NCBI GenBank assembly: GCA_020634155.1
Contig: JACKCI010000001.1
Coordinates: 1,337,306 to 1,401,305, forward strand
DNA from: Anaerolineales bacterium
GTDB taxonomy: Bacteria; Chloroflexota; Anaerolineae; Aggregatilineales; J027
Direction: 5' to 3'
Length of the DNA stretch: 64,000 nucleotides
Part shown: positions 48,210 through 58,043 of the stretch, piece after piece
How positions within the stretch are numbered: position 1 is the first letter of the stretch
Layout of the letters: every line of letters starts with the position of its first letter
Program-made: the position numbers and the translations under genes
The notes under the pieces: model-generated
What the model was told of the DNA's origin: nothing
What the model saw: only the letters and a program-made list of their open reading frames with translations
Database searches by the model: none

Positions 48210-49609
48210 ACCGCCTACCCGTGCGCCTAGTTGTCACTTTTTTGCTGCTCAATTGGCTCGCAATTGGGGTTATTGCAGTCGTTTTGCGTAATTCAATTGA
48301 GGGTGGCTTCCGTGACTATGTAAGTGGACAAGAAGTGGCCTCCGTACCCGAATTTTTGCCGGAAGCCCTCGAAACCTATTATGCCGAGCAAGGTACATGG
48401 CAAGGAGCCGAAAGCCAGTTCTCAGGTGCAGGACGTAGTGGCAGCGGTGGAAACAGCAGCGGACAGCATGGCAACAATGCCCAAGGCCGCCAATACTTCG
48501 TCCTCGACCTCACGCGCCATATAGTCGCCAGCGCTGACCCCGCCATGCTAGGCGATACATTCGACCCTGACACGCTGCAAGATGCGATTGCCCTCAGCAT
48601 GGATGGACAGCAGGTGGGCTGGTTGACATGGCAGACTCCCGGTCAACAACGCTTTGGGGCTGCCGAGCAATCCTTCTTGGATGACATGACCACCGCCCTA
48701 ATTGCCGTTGGCGTTGGCGTTGGATTTCTGACACTGGCCGTTGGCATCGGCTTGGCATGGCAACTGACCCGCCCTCTTGGGCATCTGCGGGCCGCCGTTC
48801 ATGAGCTATCCGAAGGTCAACGCGGACGCCAAGTCACCTTAGAAGGCACGGTTGAGATTCGCGCCGTTGCCACCGCTTTTAATCGCATGTCCAGCGCCCT
48901 CGCCCGTAGCGAACAGTCCCGCCAACGCATGGCCGCTGATGTCGCCCATGAACTCCGCACCCCGGTCACTGTCATCAGCAGCCACTTAGAGGGCATGCTG
49001 GATAATGTCTTGCCCAATTCCAAGGAACAAATTGCTATAGCTTATGACCAAACCCTCCACCTCAAGCGCTTAATTGAGGACTTGCGGCTGCTAACTTTAG
49101 CTGAAATCCGCCAACTCCCCTTGGAAAAGCAAGCCATCAATATCACCGCGTTCCTCAATGGGGTCTATCTGGCCTTTGAACCACTAGCGCTTGACCAGAA
49201 TATCCAACTCGCGTTAGATTGCCCTACTGACTTACCACCCCTGCACGCTGATGCGGGCCGCTTGCGTCAAGTCATCGGCAACCTGATGACCAACGCCTTG
49301 CGCCATACCCCCGCCGAAGGTCATATCACCTTGAGCGCCAAGTCTCTAGGTCAACACCTCATACTATCCGTGACCAATACGGGTGTAACCCTCTCCGAGG
49401 AAGATGCCGCGCACCTCTTTGACCCTTTCTGGCGTGCCGACGACGCCCGTGACCGTGACCGAGGGGGCAGTGGGCTAGGGCTTGCTATTGCCCGTCAGTT
49501 GATTGAATTACATGGCGGAACCATTGCGGTTAAGCGGGAAACAGGCAGCACCACCTTTGAGATGATGCTACCTGAGATCAATGAGACACCGCCCCAAGCA
49601 AGGGAGTAG
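48206..49609 (+). CDS. Sensor histidine kinase (2 TM + HAMP + HisKA + HATPase), cognate to the OmpR-type regulator
   Basis: ATGA overlap with the regulator gene. H-box AHELRTPVTVI, N-box NLMTNALRHT, G-box GGSGLGLAIARQL. Confidence 0.9.
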   Translation: MNRLPVRLVVTFLLLNWLAIGVIAVVLRNSIEGGFRDYVSGQEVASVPEFLPEALETYYAEQGTWQGAESQFSGAGRSGSGGNSSGQHGNNAQGRQYFVLDLTRHIVASADPAMLGDTFDPDTLQDAIALSMDGQQVGWLTWQTPGQQRFGAAEQSFLDDMTTALIAVGVGVGFLTLAVGIGLAWQLTRPLGHLRAAVHELSEGQRGRQVTLEGTVEIRAVATAFNRMSSALARSEQSRQRMAADVAHELRTPVTVISSHLEGMLDNVLPNSKEQIAIAYDQTLHLKRLIEDLRLLTLAEIRQLPLEKQAINITAFLNGVYLAFEPLALDQNIQLALDCPTDLPPLHADAGRLRQVIGNLMTNALRHTPAEGHITLSAKSLGQHLILSVTNTGVTLSEEDAAHLFDPFWRADDARDRDRGGSGLGLAIARQLIELHGGTIAVKRETGSTTFEMMLPEINETPPQARE

Positions 49610-49615
49610 CCTTGC

Positions 49616-50665
49616 TTAGGGGGTTACGATAGGGGGAGCATTTGGCTCCCAAGACCGGATAAATGCGGTAATAGCGGCGATATTCGCCTCTGAAAGATAA
49701 CCCGCCCATGCTGGCATAGCCGTCCCCGACACCCCGCCCGCGATAATCTGCTGAATAGCGGCATTGGGGGTATCCGCCAAAAAGACTTGGTTATTGAGGG
49801 CCGGTGCCAGCGGCGTCCCATAGCCCTGCGTGCCATGACATTGGGTACACAACAGACTATAGAGTCGTTGCCCCTCGGCAATTGCAGCCGGACTCATGTC
49901 AATGGTTGGGACTTCAATGGTGGGCAACTCAATCCCGGCAAACTGGATTTCCTGCCAGCGTGTGATGAAGGTAATCAGGGTGTTGACCTCCTCATCAGTG
50001 AAGGTCTTATCCCAACTCGCCATCAGGGTACCCGTCACCCCTTCGTTAATGATACGGGTCATGTCCAGATAGTTGCGGGTGGCGGGCGTCAACGCAGGCG
50101 CAATCGCGGTGCCTTCCAGATTGGCCCCATGACAGGCCACACAGTGGTCAGCATAGAGCGTTAACCCCGCCCCAAGCGCATCCCCATCCGGCAAAGCACT
50201 AATCGAAGTCAAAACCTCCTCCGAGACATCAATCGTCACCATCTCTGGCGGTGTCAGCCCCATTGCATCAACCACCTCCGCCACATAGCCCCATGAGCCG
50301 TATTGAATGAGAACCATCAGGGCCTCAATTTGCTGACTGGTGAAGATACCACCCTCCTCAGCGCTGAAGGCCGCCATAATCGTGCCATAGCGTCCCCGTG
50401 CAATGGTGTTGTAGAGGGTCGTCTCATCCATCTCACGCACACCCTCGCTATTGAGGGGTGGATTCGCTGCGATACCTTCACCTTGCGAGCCATGACAGAT
50501 AACGCAGTTCTCCGCATAGAGTGTGGTTGCCATCACCACCGCCTCCTCGCGTTGTTCTAGGGCCACGGCTTCACGTCGGTCATTCTCGCGCATGGCGGCA
50601 AAACCCAACGTCACAAGAATAAGCCCCATTCCCAACAAACCGATGATGTTTAGTTCGCGTGTCAT
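49616..50665 (-). CDS. Membrane-anchored c-type cytochrome with three CxxCH haem-binding motifs
   Basis: N-terminal TM IIGLLGMGLILVTLGFAAM. The three motifs are CVICH, CVACH and CTQCH, spaced about 100-130 aa apart. Confidence 0.85.
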   Translation of the reverse strand: MTRELNIIGLLGMGLILVTLGFAAMRENDRREAVALEQREEAVVMATTLYAENCVICHGSQGEGIAANPPLNSEGVREMDETTLYNTIARGRYGTIMAAFSAEEGGIFTSQQIEALMVLIQYGSWGYVAEVVDAMGLTPPEMVTIDVSEEVLTSISALPDGDALGAGLTLYADHCVACHGANLEGTAIAPALTPATRNYLDMTRIINEGVTGTLMASWDKTFTDEEVNTLITFITRWQEIQFAGIELPTIEVPTIDMSPAAIAEGQRLYSLLCTQCHGTQGYGTPLAPALNNQVFLADTPNAAIQQIIAGGVSGTAMPAWAGYLSEANIAAITAFIRSWEPNAPPIVTP

Positions 50666-50677
50666 TTCAATATCCTC

Positions 50678-51151
50678 CTAGGCGTAGACCACATCATCAG
50701 GGCTGGTATGGTCGCGGGTAATGGTTGTCCCCGTGTCCACGCTGACCTGCCCATCGGCAATTGTCACCACAAAACGGTCAAGCGGACGCGGTGCGGGTGG
50801 ATTGCGAACTTGCCCATCCATCTCAAATTCAGACGCATGGCACGGGCAGATAAATCTTCCCTCGGCTTGGTTCCACGGCACCGCACACCCCAGATGAGTA
50901 CACTTACGATACAGTGCCAAGAACCCGCCATCCTCCAAGCGCACCAAGTAGAAGCGGCCTGCATTAAAAGGTGTCACGCTCCCCGGCGGGAAATCATCAA
51001 CAGCCCCTACCTTAAACACCCCCCCAAACTCCCCATCAACGACCTGTGGTGAGAAGAACTGCAAACCTACCCAACCCGCTTCGCCCAGTACCGCGAGGCC
51101 TGCCGCGCCCCAGACGACCTTCAAAAAGTCGCGTCGTTTCATCTCGGACAT
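50678..51151 (-). CDS. Rieske [2Fe-2S] protein with Tat signal
   Basis: RRDFLK twin-arginine motif. Cluster boxes are CTHLGC and CPCHAS. Start re-set to MSEMKRRDFLK, 2 nt after the cytochrome b stop. Confidence 0.88.
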   Translation of the reverse strand: MSEMKRRDFLKVVWGAAGLAVLGEAGWVGLQFFSPQVVDGEFGGVFKVGAVDDFPPGSVTPFNAGRFYLVRLEDGGFLALYRKCTHLGCAVPWNQAEGRFICPCHASEFEMDGQVRNPPAPRPLDRFVVTIADGQVSVDTGTTITRDHTSPDDVVYA

Positions 51152-51153
51152 GG

Positions 51154-52536
51154 TTAGACCTCCCAAGGCCACATCAGGGCCATGCCTTCACCACGAAAGG
51201 CGATACCGATAATCGTCAGAACAATAAATCCGGTCAGTAGCAACGTGAACACGCTCTGGCGCACCTCACAACTGGCGGCATGAAAAACCCGCTTGAGCAT
51301 GCCCGCATACAAGATGAGCAACAGCAGTATCCCTGCCAACGGCACCCACCCATTGCTAATGATCGTCGGCAAGCTCGGCAGCAAATCCGGCAGATTGACA
51401 ACATACTCATCCAATAGCACCAACAAAGGCGTGGCAATTAGGCCCGTGAAAAAGCCGATCCATGCCAATTTGCGCCCCATTCGTGAACGGAACCAAACGC
51501 CCTCCGTATCCATATCGGTGCGGAGATAGGGCAACATCATCAAGCCCCCCAACGCCAAGGCCGGAATAACAATCGCGGCAAAGAAGGGGTGGAAGTGCAA
51601 CAAAAGTTCCTGCAAGCCCATAAAATACCACGCCGCCTTCGCCGGATTGGGGCTATGGTCGGGATTAGCCGCTTCCTCCAATGGCGCATTAACCCATGTT
51701 GACCACAGCAGAATCAGCCCAATCATCACAATCGCAAAGACGGCCTCACGCGATACTAGATGTGGGAGGGTCGTGACCTTCTCCAAGCGCTTCAGCGGCT
51801 CTTCATCCAGATTGCGCGGCACCGTGCCTACATCCCGCCGCACGCGGAAGATATGCACCGAGACAATCATCAAAATCATCATAGGGACGATTGCCAAGTG
51901 CAAGCCATAGAAATTGCGAAGGGTGGCCCCACTCACCTCTGGCCCGCCAAGGATAAGCAAGCTAATTTGCTCACCCACCACTGGCACATAATCCAGCAAA
52001 CTGGTGCCAACCGTAACCGCCCAATACGCCAACTGGTCCCACGGCAACAGATAGCCTGTGAAATTCGCCATCACCACCAGCAGGAGCAAACCGACGCCTA
52101 TCACCCAGTTAAATTCGCGGGGGTGCCGAAACGCGCCCGTATAGAAGACCCGCAACATGTGCAGGAACACCACCACCAGCAACAGATTGCCGCTCCAATG
52201 GTGTAAATTGCGGATGAGTTGCCCAAAAGCCACCGTACTTTGCAGCGCCAGCATATCCGTATAGGCACTGTCCGGCGAGGGCGTATAGACGAACATCAGC
52301 ATAATCCCCGTGACAATCAGCATCATGATAAGCAGCAGGGACAGCCCACCCAAACCGAAGGTATAGGTGAATTTCAGACTGCGTGCGGGTACCTTGCTGG
52401 CATGAATGTGCAGGAGTAGGCTATTCATCACCGCTTTCATGCGGTCGCGTTCATCTTCCGAAAAAGGCTTGTCGCGTTGTATCGACTCCGCGACCCGCTG
52501 CGGTAGACTCTCAGGACGTGGGTCGAGGGTGGTCAT
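51154..52536 (-). CDS. Cytochrome b (fused b6 + subunit-IV-like, 460 aa)
   Basis: FGQLIRNLHHWSGNLLLVVVFLHMLRVFYTGAF and PWDQLAYWAVTVGT are classic cytochrome b/b6 helix B-D motifs. There are 8 or more TM helices. Confidence 0.88.
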   Translation of the reverse strand: MTTLDPRPESLPQRVAESIQRDKPFSEDERDRMKAVMNSLLLHIHASKVPARSLKFTYTFGLGGLSLLLIMMLIVTGIMLMFVYTPSPDSAYTDMLALQSTVAFGQLIRNLHHWSGNLLLVVVFLHMLRVFYTGAFRHPREFNWVIGVGLLLLVVMANFTGYLLPWDQLAYWAVTVGTSLLDYVPVVGEQISLLILGGPEVSGATLRNFYGLHLAIVPMMILMIVSVHIFRVRRDVGTVPRNLDEEPLKRLEKVTTLPHLVSREAVFAIVMIGLILLWSTWVNAPLEEAANPDHSPNPAKAAWYFMGLQELLLHFHPFFAAIVIPALALGGLMMLPYLRTDMDTEGVWFRSRMGRKLAWIGFFTGLIATPLLVLLDEYVVNLPDLLPSLPTIISNGWVPLAGILLLLILYAGMLKRVFHAASCEVRQSVFTLLLTGFIVLTIIGIAFRGEGMALMWPWEV

Positions 52537-53507
52537 TGAGTGACCTCCGTCGTTGGGGTGGTGCTGGTGCGCCCACCCCGATACCCATTACCCTGACCGC
52601 CCGTTGCTTGCTCTGTGCCAGTCGTTGCGCTGGAATTGCCGCCGCGCCCGGGGCCACCCCACAATGGACGACCATTGGGGTCAAGCAGGAGCAAGGTCTC
52701 GCCTGTAGCGGTCTTGGTCAAGGTGCCTACCCGCAACTGACCATTCTGCCAATACCCACTCGTCTCCACCAAATCACCCACCATGAAGGTAATCCCTTGG
52801 TCATCACGGAAGCGCGGTTGACCGAGTTGGAGGGTAATTACCTGCCCATCAGTGGTCTGCAAGATAAGGCTGTTGTTCATGACCGTCGTCAGCACACCTG
52901 TATAGGTCTCCCATTCGGACATGGGTACCTGTTGCTCATTCTGACCGCTATTCTCTGCACCATTTTCGCCAACCCCGCCTGACCACAACGGCTGTCCATC
53001 CGCCGTGCGGAAAGCATAGGTCTCGCCATTGACCGTCAAGGTCTGGGTGTGAATTTGTTCGCCATTATTGAAGCCCACAATGCCCACCGTGTCGCCTACA
53101 TTCAGTGGTACATCAACCCAATAAAAGCTAGGGGCTAACTCGACATAGGTGCCGTCAGTCAAAGTCATGCCAACATCATCCAAGGCCGCCACAATCCCGA
53201 CACCTGCCCAGTTGTCCCCCACCATCTCCATACTATTTTGCAAGGGGTCGGGGGTTGCCGAGGGGGTGAGGCTATCAGTCGCTTCTATTGCCCCCTGCAC
53301 AGTTCCATCCACTGCAACCGTCGGATTCACCACAGGTTCAGAAGTGGGCGTGTTTTGAATAGCGACCACTTGGGCAGTTGGCGTGGCCTCAGCCCGTAGC
53401 ACGATATTCTCGGTTGGCGTGTCTTGGCTGGACTCATAAACACCCAAGCCTATCGCCGCCACTACCGTCAAGACTAATGCGCCGATTGTTAGTTTTTGCA
53501 ACATCAT
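52533..53507 (-). CDS. Hypothetical membrane-anchored protein with an internal duplication, translationally coupled to cytochrome b
   Basis: N-terminal TM LTIGALVLTVVAAIGLGVY. There are two roughly 70-aa modules, each ending in a related motif: ...VGDTVGIVGFNNGEQIHTQTLTVNGETYAFRTADGQPLWSGG and ...VGDLVETSGYWQNGQLRVGTLTKTATGETLLLLDPNGRPLWGGPG. The C-terminal tail is Gly/Arg/Thr-rich. ATGA overlap with cytochrome b. Confidence 0.6.
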   Translation of the reverse strand: MMLQKLTIGALVLTVVAAIGLGVYESSQDTPTENIVLRAEATPTAQVVAIQNTPTSEPVVNPTVAVDGTVQGAIEATDSLTPSATPDPLQNSMEMVGDNWAGVGIVAALDDVGMTLTDGTYVELAPSFYWVDVPLNVGDTVGIVGFNNGEQIHTQTLTVNGETYAFRTADGQPLWSGGVGENGAENSGQNEQQVPMSEWETYTGVLTTVMNNSLILQTTDGQVITLQLGQPRFRDDQGITFMVGDLVETSGYWQNGQLRVGTLTKTATGETLLLLDPNGRPLWGGPGRGGNSSATTGTEQATGGQGNGYRGGRTSTTPTTEVTQ

Positions 53508-53872
53508 CTAGCTCCATGGTTATCGCTTTACTCATCGATCTTAGGGATTATGATGCGGCAAAAATGTGTGAAACTCGTGTGGATGATGTGTCTGGCCTAT
53601 GTGATGATAAACGAGGCTATTATCAACTACGAATACAATTAAATCTTTTTAATCTTTTTGCTAAAATTTTCACTCGAAACTAAACCGATTTACCTTTAAG
53701 CCCTGATTCATGCGATTTTCTCATGAATAAAGCCTCTACGCTTCGTAAGAAGTCTGTAAATTTTAAACAATCCGTCACGGAAAATAAGGTAGAAATTCCC
53801 TTTATATGTTATGCTTACGGATGTAATTTTGTAGTATCTCTCAGCCAAAAACGATTAAAAGGAAGACCCTAA

Positions 53873-55171
53873 ATGAAAAAATCTTTCAAACTCTTAAGCA
53901 TTGTTGCCCTCGTCGTGGTGATGATTGCAACAGCCATTGCCCCAACAATGGCAAGCAACAAAGCGACCGATTCCGAGTCCAATAACGCCCAACTCCCCGC
54001 CGTTGACCTCCTCCTGTGGTCAAAAGAAGCGGGTACCTTCCATGAAGATACTGGTCTGGTTGCCGCTTTCGACGCATGGGCAGCCGAAAACGCCCCCGGC
54101 TCAACCTTGACCGTTGAGACCATGGACGTTGAAGAACTGCGCCAAAACCTGCAAAACGCTGCGTTGGCTGGCGAAGGCTTGCCTGATTTCCTCTGGACCG
54201 TTGCTGACCACGCTGGCCCCTTCACCGAAGCTGGCTTGGTTCAACCTCTGGACGAACTCTTCGACATGGATGCCTACCTCAACACCGTCGTCCTTGATGG
54301 CGAAACTTGGGGTATCCCCTTCAGCGCTGGTAATCACCTGATGCTGATCTACAACAAGCAATTCATTGAGACCCCACCAGCCACCGTCGAGGAATTGATT
54401 GCCATGAGTGAACAACTCAAGGCCGACAATGCCGATGTTGAAGGCTTCACCCCCTTCCTCTTCCATCAAGGTGAGAGCTTCTGGGTACTGCCTTGGATGC
54501 AAGCCATCAACCCCGATGGTGTGCCCTTCGTTGGTTTCGCCGCCGACGGTGTGACCCCCGACCTCAACAATGACTCTGTGGTTAAGACCTATGCCATGCT
54601 CTACAGCCTCAAGGAAATGGGCGTGACCGCCAACGAATGCGATTATGACTGCCTTGATGGCTTCTTCAAAGAAGGCAAGGCTGCCATGACCATCAATGGT
54701 GACTGGAGCCTCGGTGGTGATACTGGTATGATTGCCTCTATCGGTGAAGAAAACCTCGGTTTGGCCCCCTTCCCCATGTTCGAAGGTGGACAACCTGCTC
54801 CACTGGTTGGTGGTGCTTATGCAATGATTCCCGCCGCCACCGAAGGCGACAAGTTGGATGTTGTGGTTGCTTTCCTTGACTGGTACACCACCGATGTCCC
54901 AACCGTGTTGACCTACACCCTCGACCAAGGCCGTTTGCCCGGTGTGTTGGCTGCCTTTGATGACCCCGCCATCAGCGAGAACCGCCTGATTGGTGAGAGC
55001 GCTGCGGCTTTGGCAACTGGCGTTCCCCAACCCGTTAATGTTGAGATGCGCTGCATCTTCGACGGCATCACCCAAGAATACCAAGCGGTGATGAATGGTA
55101 GCTCCACCCCAGAAGAAGCTGCGGCCAACGCCCAAGCTTTTGCTGAAACCTGTATTGCTGACTTCGAGTAA
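53873..55171 (+). CDS. Maltose/maltodextrin-type extracellular solute-binding protein
   Basis: AAAGGAAG RBS. Signal/anchor MKKSFKLLSIVALVVVMIATAIAP. MalE-like features include GKAAMTINGDWS. The 344-aa antisense ORF 54101-55135 is rejected. Confidence 0.85.
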   Translation: MKKSFKLLSIVALVVVMIATAIAPTMASNKATDSESNNAQLPAVDLLLWSKEAGTFHEDTGLVAAFDAWAAENAPGSTLTVETMDVEELRQNLQNAALAGEGLPDFLWTVADHAGPFTEAGLVQPLDELFDMDAYLNTVVLDGETWGIPFSAGNHLMLIYNKQFIETPPATVEELIAMSEQLKADNADVEGFTPFLFHQGESFWVLPWMQAINPDGVPFVGFAADGVTPDLNNDSVVKTYAMLYSLKEMGVTANECDYDCLDGFFKEGKAAMTINGDWSLGGDTGMIASIGEENLGLAPFPMFEGGQPAPLVGGAYAMIPAATEGDKLDVVVAFLDWYTTDVPTVLTYTLDQGRLPGVLAAFDDPAISENRLIGESAAALATGVPQPVNVEMRCIFDGITQEYQAVMNGSSTPEEAAANAQAFAETCIADFE

Positions 55172-55283
55172 ATCGACGCAGCCAGCATTCGCAATTGAAT
55201 AATTGCGCGAAACCAGCGAGCAGAAAACACCCTACTCGTTGGTTTCCTTTCATATTTATGGGGAAGTTGATAGGATTTGCTTA

Positions 55284-58043
55284 ATGAAGGGCTTAACATT
55301 TGACATCGCAGTGGAACGCTTGTTTGACCTGTTGCCGCTGCTTATTTTGACCATTATTGGTACGATTATCCTCGAATTCGCTCTTTACTTGTTGCTTAGT
55401 AAAGTCATCAAAACGAAACACGCCTTGCCCTTTACGCTGGTGGCCCCAGCCGTTGTCGCACTCTCCATTTTTACCATCTACCCTTTTCTATTCAATATTC
55501 AACTCGCCTTCTCGGATCTGCGCCTCAAAACGCTTTCCTGCTACATCGGCAATGAGAATATCAGCAACGCCCCCTGCTCTTTGGGTCAAGCCGCCCTCAA
55601 CGCTGATGTCAACATCAACCTAGATGAGATTCCAGTGCGGGTCGAGCCATCTGAAACAGCCGATGTCGCCTACGTCCTTGAAAAAGGGGATGAGGTACGG
55701 GTCACTGCTAAATCGAAGGCCGTTGGCTATGTGGCACTAACGGGTTTTGCCACTACTGAGCAAGGTACCGTCTGCAACCCATTAGACGCCGAGTGTATTC
55801 GCCGTCAACGCGAAGCCGAGGCCGCTATCGCTACCCAAGACCAGCGCGACTGGTGGGAAGTCAAAACTCCCGATGGCGACTCTGGTTGGATACCCGATGT
55901 CACGTTCTTCATGGGTAACAACGCCGACATCTATGCCGACTCATTCGCAGGGGGCGATATTATTGGAAGTGTCACAGAGGGCCAGCAAGTTCGCCTTGTA
56001 ACCCGCCAACGTGAAGATTGGTTCCAAATCGAAACCGCTGATGGGACCGTCGGTTGGGTCACTGATGAACCCCGCCAAGTCAATCTCTATATCGCAGCCG
56101 AGGCCCTCACCATTTACCGCGCCCAAAGCTCCGATAGCGAAGTAATGGGTGAATTGAGCGCCGACCAAGAAGTCAACTTGCTCCGTAACCAACCCGTGAC
56201 ATGGTATGAAATTGAGACAGCCGATGGCAGCGCTTGGACTAATGTTGAACTGAGCGTCACCCAATTCTATGAGCCAACCGAGGCCCTCACCCTCTTGGCA
56301 GATTCCACCTTCGTCTCCGAACCATCGGTTACCCTTGAGGCTGACCAAAGCGCCCGTCTCGTCAATCAAAGCACCGAGACATGGTATGAAGTCGCTGACC
56401 TGAGCGGACAACGCGGCTGGGTCAATATTGAGCCAGAAACCGTCGAAGCCTTCGAGATTTCGGATACCCAAGACATAATGAGCGCCCCCTCTGGTGAGGA
56501 AGTTGAAGTCTTAGGCGAGGTTGATTCTGGCGATTTGGTGGTCAATCTCAGCAGCACCACCGTTGATGAGGACATTTGGTACTACATCCAGACCCAAGAC
56601 AACATCACTGGATGGGTCAAAGCCACCCCACAAGAGTTTACCGACATCGTGATTATCCCCGAAGAGGCTATTCTCCTAGCCGACTTGGAAAGCACCTTGG
56701 TGATAGCAACCCTCTCTGGCGGCACACAAGTTGAGGAATTCGGCACTGCTGAATTGGTCTGGTATGAGCTACGCCTTGAAGATGGAAGCTCTGGCTTTAC
56801 CAATATCGACCCTGATACCATCAGTGAACGCTATGCCGCCCCAGAAGAGATTAGCGCCTATGCCGCCTTCAACGACATCAGCCAAATCGCCGCCACCATC
56901 CCTGAAGATACTGAGTTGACCGTCCTTAGCACCCAAGATGCCCCTTGGTACCAAATCCAAACGCGGGGCGAAGAACGGGTTGTGGGTTGGGTTAATGCCG
57001 AACCTGCCGAGACACGCACAATTTTCTCCACCACCGAAGATGGCGCACTCTACACCGATCCATCACGTTTATCAGAGGCCATCACAGAAGTAGCCAGCGG
57101 TGATACCGTGCAGGTGCGCGACAATGACAGCCGCTATTGGTATCAAATCCGTGTTGAAGATGGCTCCATCGGGTGGGTTGAGGCGATTCCTGAGCAGGAA
57201 ATCACAACCGAACGCGATATTGTCCTCTATAGCCTGCAATACGGCTGGGAAAACTTCAAACGGGTATTTGTCGATGAAGACCCCGCTACGGGCGAAATAC
57301 GCGGTTGGGGTCGTCTGCTCCAAACTGAAAACTCAACCTTCCCACGTTTGATGAAAACCACCCTCATCTGGACTTTCTTCAATGTGATTTTCCATCTCTT
57401 CTTTGGGATGATTTTGGCACTCATTCTCAATCGTAAGGGATTGAAGTTTGTGGGTATCTACCGCGCCATCATTATCCTACCTTGGGCCATTCCTCAAGTC
57501 ATTATCGCCCTCGCTTGGCGCGGCGAGTTCAATTACCAATTCGGCTTTGTGAATGCACTTGCCCGAGACCTTGGCTTAGACCCTGTAGAATGGCTGCGCT
57601 CTCCAACACCAGCCTTGGTTGCGGTGACCTTCGTCAATATCTGGCTCGGCATCCCCTTCTACATGGTCACCTTGTTGGGTGGCCTCCAATCCATTGCCCC
57701 CGACTACTATGAAGCCGCTTCAATGGATGGAGCCAATGCCTTCCAACGTTTTAGAGGCATCACCGTGCCACTCATCCGCCCCGTTGCTGTCCCGATTATC
57801 ACCCTTGATGTCATCTGGACATTCAATAACTTCAACGTCATCTTCTTGATTACACGCGGTGGCCCCAATGAAAGCACCAATATCTTGGTGACAGCCCTCT
57901 ACAACGCGGCCTTTGGTGCTAATGGGCAATTCCAACTTGGTTTTGCAGCAGCCTTTTCACTCGTAATTTTCGCGGTACTCATTTTGTTTGCCTCAGTGTG
58001 GGTCACACAAAGCGGGGCATTGAAAGGGATTTATGAAAAATGA
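55284..58043 (+). CDS. MalF-type ABC permease with a roughly 550-aa extracytoplasmic insert made of about 8 tandem SH3-like repeats
   Basis: Start re-set to ATG 55284 (MKGLTFDIAV). Two N-terminal TM helices are followed by repeats, each ending W[WFY]x[VI]....G..GW[VI]. They are WWEVKTPDGDSGWI, WFQIETADGTVGWV, WYEIETADGSAW, WYEVADLSGQRGWV, WYYIQTQDNITGWV, WYELRLEDGSSGF, WYQIQTRGEERVVGWV and WYQIRVEDGSIGWV. A canonical permease core with EAA loop YYEAASMDGANAFQRFRGITVPLI follows. Confidence 0.85.
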   Translation: MKGLTFDIAVERLFDLLPLLILTIIGTIILEFALYLLLSKVIKTKHALPFTLVAPAVVALSIFTIYPFLFNIQLAFSDLRLKTLSCYIGNENISNAPCSLGQAALNADVNINLDEIPVRVEPSETADVAYVLEKGDEVRVTAKSKAVGYVALTGFATTEQGTVCNPLDAECIRRQREAEAAIATQDQRDWWEVKTPDGDSGWIPDVTFFMGNNADIYADSFAGGDIIGSVTEGQQVRLVTRQREDWFQIETADGTVGWVTDEPRQVNLYIAAEALTIYRAQSSDSEVMGELSADQEVNLLRNQPVTWYEIETADGSAWTNVELSVTQFYEPTEALTLLADSTFVSEPSVTLEADQSARLVNQSTETWYEVADLSGQRGWVNIEPETVEAFEISDTQDIMSAPSGEEVEVLGEVDSGDLVVNLSSTTVDEDIWYYIQTQDNITGWVKATPQEFTDIVIIPEEAILLADLESTLVIATLSGGTQVEEFGTAELVWYELRLEDGSSGFTNIDPDTISERYAAPEEISAYAAFNDISQIAATIPEDTELTVLSTQDAPWYQIQTRGEERVVGWVNAEPAETRTIFSTTEDGALYTDPSRLSEAITEVASGDTVQVRDNDSRYWYQIRVEDGSIGWVEAIPEQEITTERDIVLYSLQYGWENFKRVFVDEDPATGEIRGWGRLLQTENSTFPRLMKTTLIWTFFNVIFHLFFGMILALILNRKGLKFVGIYRAIIILPWAIPQVIIALAWRGEFNYQFGFVNALARDLGLDPVEWLRSPTPALVAVTFVNIWLGIPFYMVTLLGGLQSIAPDYYEAASMDGANAFQRFRGITVPLIRPVAVPIITLDVIWTFNNFNVIFLITRGGPNESTNILVTALYNAAFGANGQFQLGFAAAFSLVIFAVLILFASVWVTQSGALKGIYEK

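Noticed and set aside
54101-55135. 344-aa ORF antisense to the sugar-binding protein gene. Similar long antisense or off-frame ORFs lie inside large genes (for example 8315-8743, 9871-10269, 13336-13854, 14707-15228, 21009-21464, 33742-34176, 40768-41382, 46583-47050, 52383-52982, 55941-56471, 63119-63487).
   Set aside because: These are typical shadow ORFs of GC-rich coding regions. In every case the opposite or other frame carries clear family motifs, and the shadow translations are Gly/Arg/His-rich without motifs.
55190-55207. Inverted repeat CGCAATT-GAAT-AATTGCG between the binding-protein and permease genes, considered as an intercistronic attenuator or terminator.
   Set aside because: The stem is short (7 bp) and AT-rich, with no following T-run. 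It is plausibly an mRNA-stabilising hairpin but is too weak to annotate.
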